Shown here piece by piece: positions 25,655-33,054 of a DNA stretch of 41,491 nt. Origin of the DNA: Verrucomicrobiota bacterium (GTDB taxonomy: Bacteria > Verrucomicrobiota > Verrucomicrobiia > Limisphaerales > SXQI01); NCBI GenBank assembly GCA_033762115.1, contig JANRLX010000002.1, forward strand, positions 1-41,491, read 5' to 3'. How positions within the stretch are numbered: the first letter of the stretch is position 1; the number at the start of each line of letters is the position of its first letter. The position numbers were made by a program, and so were the translations under genes. The notes below the pieces were generated by a model. The model was not told the DNA's origin, did no database searches, and was given only the letters and a program-made list of their open reading frames with translations.

Positions 25655-27391
25655 TTAATTCCGTGCCTCGTTTGCAGGAAGCCACCGTTTGACCAGTTCC
25701 TTTTCCTCAGGCTTTAAATCAGTCGTCTGGAGCGTTTTGACAATTTGTTGAGCATCCTTTTCCCGGTTATTCAGGGCAAGGGTTGCCGCGTAGACCGCTT
25801 TGCAGCCGGGCGGGAACTGGGCCACATTGTATGTGTTGGTCGCGCCAAACACCGCATAGGCAGCAGCCGGATTTTTTTCGCGCAGGTAAGCCAGCGCCAA
25901 AGTTGTCTTGAAACCAAGATCTTCCGGTTTCTGCGCGTGTAACTGTTCGGCCACGGCTTTGGATTGGGCAACATTTTCCCCAAGCAGAATGTTCAGATAA
26001 GCATGATAATTTTGCAGGCTGGTATCGAAACGAGTCTTGGAAGACATTTTTTTGATCAATTCCCGCATGCCACGCGTGTCACCGGACTGATGCAATAAAC
26101 GCAGCATCGCGCGATTGGCGTTATTGGCAAGGTTCGGCACCTCCATCATTTTCGAATAGGCAGTGATGGCTTCCTCACGTGAATCGGACCGCTCGGCCAG
26201 TTCAGCCACGATCCGCAATTTTTCCGGCTGCTCTGAAGCGAGGGTCATGGCTTTGCTCCAATGTATTTTCGCCAGATCCTCCTTTTTGATCTTGCGGGCG
26301 GAAGAGCCGCGCATGGCTTCGTGAAAGACCGGTTCCAACCCCAGGTCCTCGCGAGCCAGGGTTTTATAAACATCATCCCAACGTTCGAGACCAGCGAGAG
26401 ATTCGATATAAATCAGGGAGAGTTGAGGGTTTTTCAAACCCTGTTCAGGGGGGAGCGATTGCGCGGTTTCAGCAAATTTCCCCTGCGAATTGAGCCATGT
26501 GCCCAAAGCCACTCGTTCTTCGGCCTTGCCCGTGCGGAATTTGGCAACTGCCTGGGCGATCAGCTTTTGCGCGGAGGAAGGATCGAGTTTTTTCATCAGA
26601 TCCAGCCCGAGAAAATATTCGTCCAGGGAAGGATTGCTGTTCTCCCGCACCATTTGAAGCAAGCGTTCCACCTCAGGTTTGGGCAGATCAGTCCGGGCGA
26701 GGCGATACATCGCCGAAACGCGCAATGTGTCATTGGTCTTGGAAATGACATTAGCCAGCCGTTTCTTGGCCTCGGTTTGGTCTGTGGGGGATTGTGAGGA
26801 AAGAAGGAGACTCCCAAGCATCAGCTCACTGGGACGATGGGTGGTGTCCTTTTCCAGTGCGGAGCGCAAAAACTGGATGGCACGAGGAGTGTCACGGCGT
26901 GACTGGGCAATCTGCGCTGCCATGAAATAAGTTTTGGCGGAAACCGGTTCCTTGGTCAGCAACTGGCCAACCATTGATTCAGCGGCTTCAACCCGATTCG
27001 CCATCATGAGAAATTCGGCATAATTTTCCCGATCCTGCTGGGTGGCCTGTGGATGATAGATCAGGTTATTCCAGAGATTTGGAGCAATGGGAGCGCGCAC
27101 CCTGGTGGCGACGTCGGCGGTCAACCGAATGACTTCAATGTCATCCGGTTTCATTTGCAAAGCGGCATTGGCCTTTTGAAAAGCCTGCTGGTATTCCTTT
27201 TTCTCCAGCAATTCCTTTGCGGTTTCGGCAAATTGACGAGCCCGCCACGCCTTGACCTGCCGGTAAGCAGGCCGTGCAAACACTCCTCCCAGCAGCAGGA
27301 GAACTGCAACGACTCCCAGCAGAATATAAGTGCGTTTTTTATTTGCGCGGCGCTCCGGCCGGGCACTTGGATTAACAACTTCCTGTTGCAT
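25655..27391 (-). CDS. Membrane-anchored tetratricopeptide-repeat protein
   Basis: Basic N-terminus, one TM helix, then Ala/Leu-rich helical repeats; 14 nt upstream of the exosortase gene. Start ATG 27391 or GTG 27412. Confidence 0.8.
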   Translation of the reverse strand: MQQEVVNPSARPERRANKKRTYILLGVVAVLLLLGGVFARPAYRQVKAWRARQFAETAKELLEKKEYQQAFQKANAALQMKPDDIEVIRLTADVATRVRAPIAPNLWNNLIYHPQATQQDRENYAEFLMMANRVEAAESMVGQLLTKEPVSAKTYFMAAQIAQSRRDTPRAIQFLRSALEKDTTHRPSELMLGSLLLSSQSPTDQTEAKKRLANVISKTNDTLRVSAMYRLARTDLPKPEVERLLQMVRENSNPSLDEYFLGLDLMKKLDPSSAQKLIAQAVAKFRTGKAEERVALGTWLNSQGKFAETAQSLPPEQGLKNPQLSLIYIESLAGLERWDDVYKTLAREDLGLEPVFHEAMRGSSARKIKKEDLAKIHWSKAMTLASEQPEKLRIVAELAERSDSREEAITAYSKMMEVPNLANNANRAMLRLLHQSGDTRGMRELIKKMSSKTRFDTSLQNYHAYLNILLGENVAQSKAVAEQLHAQKPEDLGFKTTLALAYLREKNPAAAYAVFGATNTYNVAQFPPGCKAVYAATLALNNREKDAQQIVKTLQTTDLKPEEKELVKRWLPANEARN

Positions 27392-27554
27392 GTTTTGAAT
27401 GTATCGGCCCACTGGACGCCTTCATTAACGACATTTCGATAACGGCAGTGTTGAGATGACAATTCAGCCGTTCCCTGATCCAGTTTCAGGCCGGAACCTA
27501 GCTCCTGCTCCAACTCCTGTCCATAGCGAAATGACTGAATCAGCATGCATGGAT

Positions 27555-27684
27555 TGGGATTTGGGTATAAAACTGGGAAAAAGTGGGAATTAAAAGGACT
27601 GAACCCCCGCTCCAGCGGCTAAACTCGCATGAGGGAATTCCACACTGATTGGGAAGTGAAGTGGGAATAAGTGGGAAATGGTGG
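27555..27684 (+). repeat. Cluster of short (G)TGGGA direct repeats, partly in 10-bp phase
   Basis: TGGG at 27555, 27562, 27574, 27584 and 27650; GTGGGA at 27661 and 27671; GTGG at 27681. Confidence 0.65.
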
Positions 27685-27702
27685 TCTCATCAGGATTTGA
27701 AC
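27679..27702 (-). pseudogene. tRNA 3'-end fragment (positions 53-76), att-like scar
   Basis: Minus strand GTTCAAATCCTGATGAGACCACCA: T loop, 5-nt T-stem strand, 7-nt acceptor strand and ACCA in exact tRNA register. The rest of a tRNA is absent. Confidence 0.6.
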
Positions 27703-27905
27703 TCGCTTTGTCAGAAGGAGGTAAGAGACATATTGACACTTTGCCTTCTCCTGATTTTGAGCAGAAATAATCAGAGTCGAATTGACTCAGGCGGCTCACG
27801 GGATTTATGCATCGTTGATGAGGGATTCACCCCGTTCCAGTCTTGCGTTTTTTCCTGAAGCAATCCCTCGGGGAGGGAAGAGTTAAAAGTCATCCCTTCG
27901 CTGAT

Positions 27906-27933
27906 TTGCCGGAACCCGGTCCAGGGTTAGGTT
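27906..27933 (+). promoter_or_regulatory. Sigma70-type promoter of GT2 gene (leaderless-type)
   Basis: TTGCCG-N16-TAGGTT, 7 nt before GTG 27941. Confidence 0.5.
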
Positions 27934-27940
27934 CGTTCCC

Positions 27941-28702
27941 GTGACTGCTGATATTTCAATTATTGTGCCGGTGTTCAACGAAGAAGAGAACATCAAACCG
28001 CTGGTGGCGGAAATCACCGCGGCCTTTGCCAGCCTCGACCGTGATTATGAAATTGTGCTGGTGGATGACGCCAGCAACGATGGGACCTGGGCAGAGATCC
28101 AAAAATCGCATGAAGTAAATCCGCGAGTGCGGGGGCTGCGGCATACGAGAAACGCCGGGCAAAGCGCCGCCTTATGGACAGGGTTCCAGGCGACAAGCAG
28201 CCCGATCATTGCGACGCTGGATGGGGATTTGCAGAATGATCCAGCCGACCTGGTGCGATTGATCGCGGAATTGCGTGATGCGGATTTGATCTGTGGCGTG
28301 CGGACGAAGCGGAATGATTCATGGTTGCGGCGGGTCTCTTCAAAAGTTGCGAGGCATGCCCGAAAGCTGGCGTTGCGGGTGGATTATTGCGACACCGGCT
28401 GCGCGTTGCGGGTGTTTCGCCGAAAAACCCTGGCGGGCCTTTTTCCGTTTAACGGGTTGCACCGGTTCATGCCGATCCTGGTGGATGCAGGAGGGTGGCG
28501 GGTGAAGGAAGTGCCGATCAATCACCGTGCGCGGGTGGCGGGTGTGTCAAAATATGGGGTGTGGAATCGCCTGTGGCGTGGCGTGTTCGACCTGTTCGCC
28601 ATTGCCTGGTACCAGCGCCGCCGGGTGGGAAGCCAGCCGTACATTGACACCGATGAGGAGTTGAAAACACGCACGCACCCGGAATACGCGAGGGCGGCGT
28701 AA
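27941..28702 (+). CDS. Glycosyltransferase family 2 (polyprenol-phosphate glycosyltransferase, DPM1/ArnC-like)
   Basis: ISIIVPVFNEEENI, VDDASNDGT, RNAGQSAAL, TLDGDLQNDPAD, DTGC, HRFMP, HRARVAGVSKY. Confidence 0.93.
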   Translation: MTADISIIVPVFNEEENIKPLVAEITAAFASLDRDYEIVLVDDASNDGTWAEIQKSHEVNPRVRGLRHTRNAGQSAALWTGFQATSSPIIATLDGDLQNDPADLVRLIAELRDADLICGVRTKRNDSWLRRVSSKVARHARKLALRVDYCDTGCALRVFRRKTLAGLFPFNGLHRFMPILVDAGGWRVKEVPINHRARVAGVSKYGVWNRLWRGVFDLFAIAWYQRRRVGSQPYIDTDEELKTRTHPEYARAA

Positions 28703-28727
28703 ACTGGCGGATAGAGAACAGGGCTGA

Positions 28728-28940
28728 TTAAGGCCGACCGGAACCGATGGAAGAACCGGCGGGACCAACGATCGGTTTGCCATCAACGGTGACGTAATCG
28801 TAATCCTTCATTGGCAACGGCCCCTGGTAGGAGGTGACGGAATAATCGGTGATATTCGCACATCCGCTCAACCCGAAACAAAAAACAGTCAGGACACAGA
28901 CCACAGCAGACTTAACCACAACACGATTCATAACTTTCAT
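28728..28940 (-). CDS. Small lipoprotein (about 70 aa)
   Basis: MKVMNRVVVKSAVVCVLTVFCFG-LSGC lipobox signal. Only the 3' end of the 401-aa track ORF is credible; alternative starts are 28931 and 28949. Confidence 0.7.
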   Translation of the reverse strand: MKVMNRVVVKSAVVCVLTVFCFGLSGCANITDYSVTSYQGPLPMKDYDYVTVDGKPIVGPAGSSIGSGRP

Positions 28941-29014
28941 CAAGGGCATGTGGCAATGTGCTGAAGAGAAGCGCGGCAGGCAAGAAAGAAGAAAGCTGTT
29001 CCCCATATCAGAGC

Positions 29015-29031
29015 TTTCCTGATTCAGGAAA
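29015..29031. promoter_or_regulatory. Perfect palindrome, candidate transcription-factor site
   Basis: TTTCCTGA-T-TCAGGAAA in the divergent lipoprotein/acpP intergenic region. Confidence 0.4.
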
Positions 29032-29132
29032 AAGCAAAATATTTCGAAGAACAAAGAAGTTTTTTTCCCTTGCGTAAAAAGGCAATCTGACGGAGTTTCC
29101 GCGCTCGAAAAATAAAAGTGAAGAATCGGGGC

Positions 29133-29161
29133 TTGACGGGTTTGGACACGTCCCTTAGACA
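29133..29161 (+). promoter_or_regulatory. Sigma70-type promoter of acpP-fabF
   Basis: TTGACG-N17-TAGACA with an A-rich upstream tract; GGAGA SD before ATG 29188. Confidence 0.5.
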
Positions 29162-29187
29162 CACTGAAAACGAAGAACGGAGAAATC

Positions 29188-29436
29188 ATGGCTGCTGAAA
29201 AATCCATAGAACAAAAGATCAAAGACATTATTGTCGAGCAACTCGGGGTGAACGCGGACCAGGTCACGCCCGAGGCGAAGTTCATCGAGGATTTGGGCGC
29301 CGATTCGCTGGACACGGTGGAACTCGTGATGGCGTTGGAAGAAGAGTTCGGACAGGAAATTCCGGATGAAGAAGCTGAAAAGTTGCAAAGCGTCGGTGAT
29401 GTGATCAAATACATCGAGGACACGCAGCAGAAGTAA
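29188..29436 (+). CDS. acpP: Acyl carrier protein
   Basis: [23 protein letters not shown] phosphopantetheine attachment motif. Confidence 0.98.
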   Translation: MAAEKSIEQKIKDIIVEQLGVNADQVTPEAKFIEDLGADSLDTVELVMALEEEFGQEIPDEEAEKLQSVGDVIKYIEDTQQK

Positions 29437-29454
29437 GCTGGAGAATTGATTTCC

Positions 29455-29493
29455 GGGGCAGCAGTGCGCTTTTTCTCGCAAGCTGCCCCTTTT
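29455..29493 (+). terminator. Hairpin/partial terminator between acpP and fabF
   Basis: GGGGCAGC...GCTGCCCC with inner TGCG/CGCA pairing, followed by TTTT. Confidence 0.6.
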
Positions 29494-29499
29494 GGTTTT

Positions 29500-30753
29500 A
29501 TGGCAAGTTCAGATCGTCGAGTCGTGATCACTGGTTTGGGTCTCGTCACCCCGTTGGGGAATGAGATTGAAACGGTGTGGAACAACCTCCTCGCGGGGCA
29601 ATGCGGAATCGACAAAATCAGTTTGTTCGATGCGTCCGCGTATGATTGCCAGATTGCAGGGGAAGTGAAAAATTTTGATCCCACCCCTTCATTCCCCTCT
29701 CCCAAGGAAGTGCGACGCACCGACCGTTTCACCCAATTCGCGGTGGTGGCGGGGCACAGGGCATTGGTTGATTCCGGACTGGAGCTGGATAAATGCAACC
29801 GGGATGAGATCGGTGTTTTTATTGGATCAGGCATTGGCGGACTGGACACGACGGAAGAGCAACATAAAGTTTTGCTGGCGAAAGGTCCGGGCCGAATTTC
29901 CCCGTTCATGATCCCGATGTTGATCCTGAACATGGGTTCAGGGTTGTTCTCGATGTATTACAAATTGCGAGGGCCAAACGTGGCGACCTGCTCTGCCTGC
30001 GCAACGGCAAATCACGCGATCGGTGAAGCGTGGCGGACAATCAAGATGGGTGATGCCCAAGTGATGTTTGCCGGAGGGACAGAAGCGACCATTGTGCCGC
30101 TGGGGATAGGCGGGTTTTGCGCGATGCGGGCGATGAGCACCCGAAACGCGGAGCCAAAACGCGCTTCGCGCCCATTCGACAAGGAACGGGACGGTTTTAT
30201 CATGGGTGAAGGCGCAGGGGTGCTGGTGCTGGAGGAGCTGGAACATGCGAAAGCGCGCGGCGCACGAATTTATTGTGAATTGGCCGGTTACGGAAACACA
30301 GCGGACGCAAACCATATGACCGCTCCATCACCGCATGGTGAAGGGGCCGCGCGCTGCATGAGAATGGCGTTGCGCTCAGCTGGATTAAACCCGGAGCAGA
30401 TCAGTTACGTGAATGCGCATGGAACATCGACCCCCACGGGTGATGTGTGCGAGACGGAAGCGATCAAAACCGTTTTTGGCGATCACGCGCGGAAACTGCC
30501 GGTCAGTTCGACGAAGGGAGCGACCGGACACATGCTGGGCGCGGCAGGAGCGGTTGAACTGGCGTTTTGCGCGAAAGCCATCCAGACAGGGATCATTCCG
30601 CCGACGATCAACTACGAAAATCCAGATCCTGAGTGTGACCTGGATTATGTGCCGAACAAGGCGCGCGAACAGAAAGTCATTGCTGCGGTGAACAACTCCT
30701 TCGGGTTCGGGGGACATAACGCCACGACGATTGTCAAAGCGTTCGCGGGGTGA
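29500..30753 (+). CDS. fabF: 3-oxoacyl-ACP synthase II
   Basis: [20 protein letters not shown] (Cys), [32 protein letters not shown]. Start ATG 29500. Confidence 0.97.
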   Translation: MASSDRRVVITGLGLVTPLGNEIETVWNNLLAGQCGIDKISLFDASAYDCQIAGEVKNFDPTPSFPSPKEVRRTDRFTQFAVVAGHRALVDSGLELDKCNRDEIGVFIGSGIGGLDTTEEQHKVLLAKGPGRISPFMIPMLILNMGSGLFSMYYKLRGPNVATCSACATANHAIGEAWRTIKMGDAQVMFAGGTEATIVPLGIGGFCAMRAMSTRNAEPKRASRPFDKERDGFIMGEGAGVLVLEELEHAKARGARIYCELAGYGNTADANHMTAPSPHGEGAARCMRMALRSAGLNPEQISYVNAHGTSTPTGDVCETEAIKTVFGDHARKLPVSSTKGATGHMLGAAGAVELAFCAKAIQTGIIPPTINYENPDPECDLDYVPNKAREQKVIAAVNNSFGFGGHNATTIVKAFAG

Positions 30754-30756
30754 GGT

Positions 30757-31797
30757 TTACTTCCCGAGCAGGTGTTCGATGATGAGTTGGTCAAGCGCCT
30801 GGTAATCGCGCTGGGCAATCATTTGTTTGGCCTGGGCTTCATCAAAGGTCTGAACTTTTTCCAGCAGACGAAGGAAAGTCCGGCGACTGTTATCGAGATG
30901 GGCGAGGGTGTGTTCGATTTTCGTGGAACGGAACGGATGCACATCAAAGCAAATGAATTCACCGTTGCTGCCATATTTGTTGCGTTCCAAAACCCTGACC
31001 TGGTTAAAGGCGCTGCGGAGATTTGAACTTCCAAACGGTTTGTCCTGGTCGAACTTCAATCCGTTTTGATCATTGAGATGAAGTGACCAGAGTTTTTTGA
31101 AACTCATGGCAAAATCGATCTCATCCGCGGGATCGAGTCCTGCAAGAATGGCGTGGGCAGTCTCGATGACAGTGCCGACCCGTTTGGAATCGCGTGTGAG
31201 TTGAGCAATGGCGAGCGCGTGACCGATGGTGGGAATGTAGGCATGGTCCATCGGTTCATTGGGCTTCGGTTCGATGGCCAGGCGCGCTTTTCTGTCGTGC
31301 GCGAGCATGGCATCAAACGCATGGACGAGAAGTTCCACACTTCGTCTGCCACTTTTTGATTCACGCAGGTAGGTGCCTTCCCGGGCGAGCCAGAGGACAA
31401 TCAGATCGGTGCCGAGGATATTGGCGATGTCAATGGAACGGAGGGAGCGATCAATGGCGTACTGGCGCTGTTTTGGATCATTGCTGGTATATCCACCATC
31501 AATTGTCATGGGGCTGAACCAAAGGCGGGGAGCGACCATTTCGGCGACAAGGCCGAGGTCATCAAGTTTCTTTCGCAACTCTTTGGCTTCCCTGCGGATT
31601 TGCGGTTCGGACTTGTTGTCGATGTCCGGCACCGCGTCATCATCATGGAACATCATGGCGTCAAAGCCCATTTTCTTGAGCTGCGCCAATTTCCATTCAA
31701 AGGTTTGCGGTGGCCGGGTCGTGGGGCCGTAAGGGTCCTGTCCCTCGCTGATATTCCAAGGACCAAAGCAAAAACGGTAGCGGTTGTTCCTGGCCAT
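30757..31797 (-). CDS. Xylose isomerase-like sugar isomerase (class I XI fold)
   Basis: FGPW, FHDDD, W..REG, IEPKPNEP, ETAH, HLNDQ, FDQD, FDVH. Confidence 0.85.
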   Translation of the reverse strand: MARNNRYRFCFGPWNISEGQDPYGPTTRPPQTFEWKLAQLKKMGFDAMMFHDDDAVPDIDNKSEPQIRREAKELRKKLDDLGLVAEMVAPRLWFSPMTIDGGYTSNDPKQRQYAIDRSLRSIDIANILGTDLIVLWLAREGTYLRESKSGRRSVELLVHAFDAMLAHDRKARLAIEPKPNEPMDHAYIPTIGHALAIAQLTRDSKRVGTVIETAHAILAGLDPADEIDFAMSFKKLWSLHLNDQNGLKFDQDKPFGSSNLRSAFNQVRVLERNKYGSNGEFICFDVHPFRSTKIEHTLAHLDNSRRTFLRLLEKVQTFDEAQAKQMIAQRDYQALDQLIIEHLLGK

Positions 31798-31846
31798 AAA
31801 TTTGGGGTGAGGCTAGCGGGTTCGGAGCGGGGGGAAAGTCGAAAAT

Positions 31847-33049
31847 TCAATTTGGAAGTGGGACCTGCCCTGGGCGTCCGAGATAATAAATCAGGTCACG
31901 GATTTCCTGTTGACCAAGTGCCTGCAACAACCCCTCGGGCATCATCGAAATATCGCTTTGCTGAATCGAGAGGATTTCATTCCGGGGAATGATGATGGTT
32001 TCATTTGCAGTGGCAATCGTGACAGATTTTTCATTCTGCTGCTTGAGAATGCCGGTGATGATCCGCTCATCCCTGGTTTCGATGGTGGAACTGCGATAGT
32101 CATTGGGAATGACGGCGTTTGGATCGACCATGTTTTCGAGGATGTAATTGAGGTCCGCCCGCGCCGAGCCGGTGAGATCAGGGCCGACCTTTCCACCAGT
32201 GTCAAAGAGGGTATGGCATTGCTGACAGACCCTGTTGAAAACGGCGCGTCCACGGGAGGCATCGCCCGGCTGGGAACCACCTGCCCAATAAATTTTTTTA
32301 TACTGTTCGATCTGGGCCTTGCGGTCGGCGCTGGTTTCGCGAAAGGCACCCCAGATTTTTTCGACACTGGAGTTGATTTCTTCATTCTTGAGGGAGCGCA
32401 ACTGCCGGACGATTTCAGCAGTCAATTCCTTGTGGGAAATTGTTTCGGTTGAGACAGCTTGCATTAATTCTTTGGCATAGCTCGCGCGTGACGAAAGGGT
32501 GTTAAGGGCATCCTTTTTTTCGCCCGGTTTTAATGAAGGATAAACAGCGAGGATGGCTGAGGGAGCATCAGCGATTTCCTCCGATGCAAGACCGCGCAAA
32601 GCCACAGATCGCAACCCTTCCTCATTCAACAAGGCCAGGAGGAGTTTTGGCAGTTCGGGGTCCCGGGTGGAAAGCAGGGCATCCAATGCCGCACGACGGG
32701 CAGTGAGTTCTGCGCCGCGATTGGCGAGCGTTTCGCGCAACGACTTCAACGCGCGAGGGCTGCCAAATTTCAAGGACAGGGTCTGGACGAGCGTCTGCAC
32801 CTGGGCATTGCCGCTCTCGCCCAGTTTTTGTTCAACCATGCTCCATGAGGGAGGCATTTTGGCAGAGCGGCGTCCTTCGAGGCCCCTGGCCATGCCGTTG
32901 AGGATGTCCAGTTGCAATGAGGTATCGCTGCTGCGGGCGAGAAGCTGAACCAAAAGGTCGCCATCCTGCGCAAGGGCGGTTGATTTCCCGCAGAGCAGAA
33001 GAATAGCGATAAAAAAAGCGACCGCCGCCTTATGAAAAATGGATGACAT
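31847..33049 (-). CDS. PVC-type heme-binding protein (HEAT repeats plus cytochrome c)
   Basis: Own signal peptide; GDASRGRAVF...CQQCH...GGKVGPDLTG...DPNAVI...SMMPEGL...DLIYYL. Start ATG 33049. Confidence 0.9.
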   Translation of the reverse strand: MSSIFHKAAVAFFIAILLLCGKSTALAQDGDLLVQLLARSSDTSLQLDILNGMARGLEGRRSAKMPPSWSMVEQKLGESGNAQVQTLVQTLSLKFGSPRALKSLRETLANRGAELTARRAALDALLSTRDPELPKLLLALLNEEGLRSVALRGLASEEIADAPSAILAVYPSLKPGEKKDALNTLSSRASYAKELMQAVSTETISHKELTAEIVRQLRSLKNEEINSSVEKIWGAFRETSADRKAQIEQYKKIYWAGGSQPGDASRGRAVFNRVCQQCHTLFDTGGKVGPDLTGSARADLNYILENMVDPNAVIPNDYRSSTIETRDERIITGILKQQNEKSVTIATANETIIIPRNEILSIQQSDISMMPEGLLQALGQQEIRDLIYYLGRPGQVPLPN

Positions 33050-33054
33050 GATGA

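Noticed and set aside
27555..27684. CRISPR array
   Set aside because: Repeat units are only 4-7 nt with no spacer structure, and there are no cas genes.
27413..27940. oriC or an intact tRNA in the long intergenic region
   Set aside because: Best DnaA-box-like words have two or more mismatches; no D arm or anticodon arm can be built for a full tRNA.
28950..29933. Upstream 330 codons of the 401-aa minus-strand ORF
   Set aside because: Antisense to acpP and fabF, Ser-rich shadow translation; only the 3' lipoprotein part is credible.
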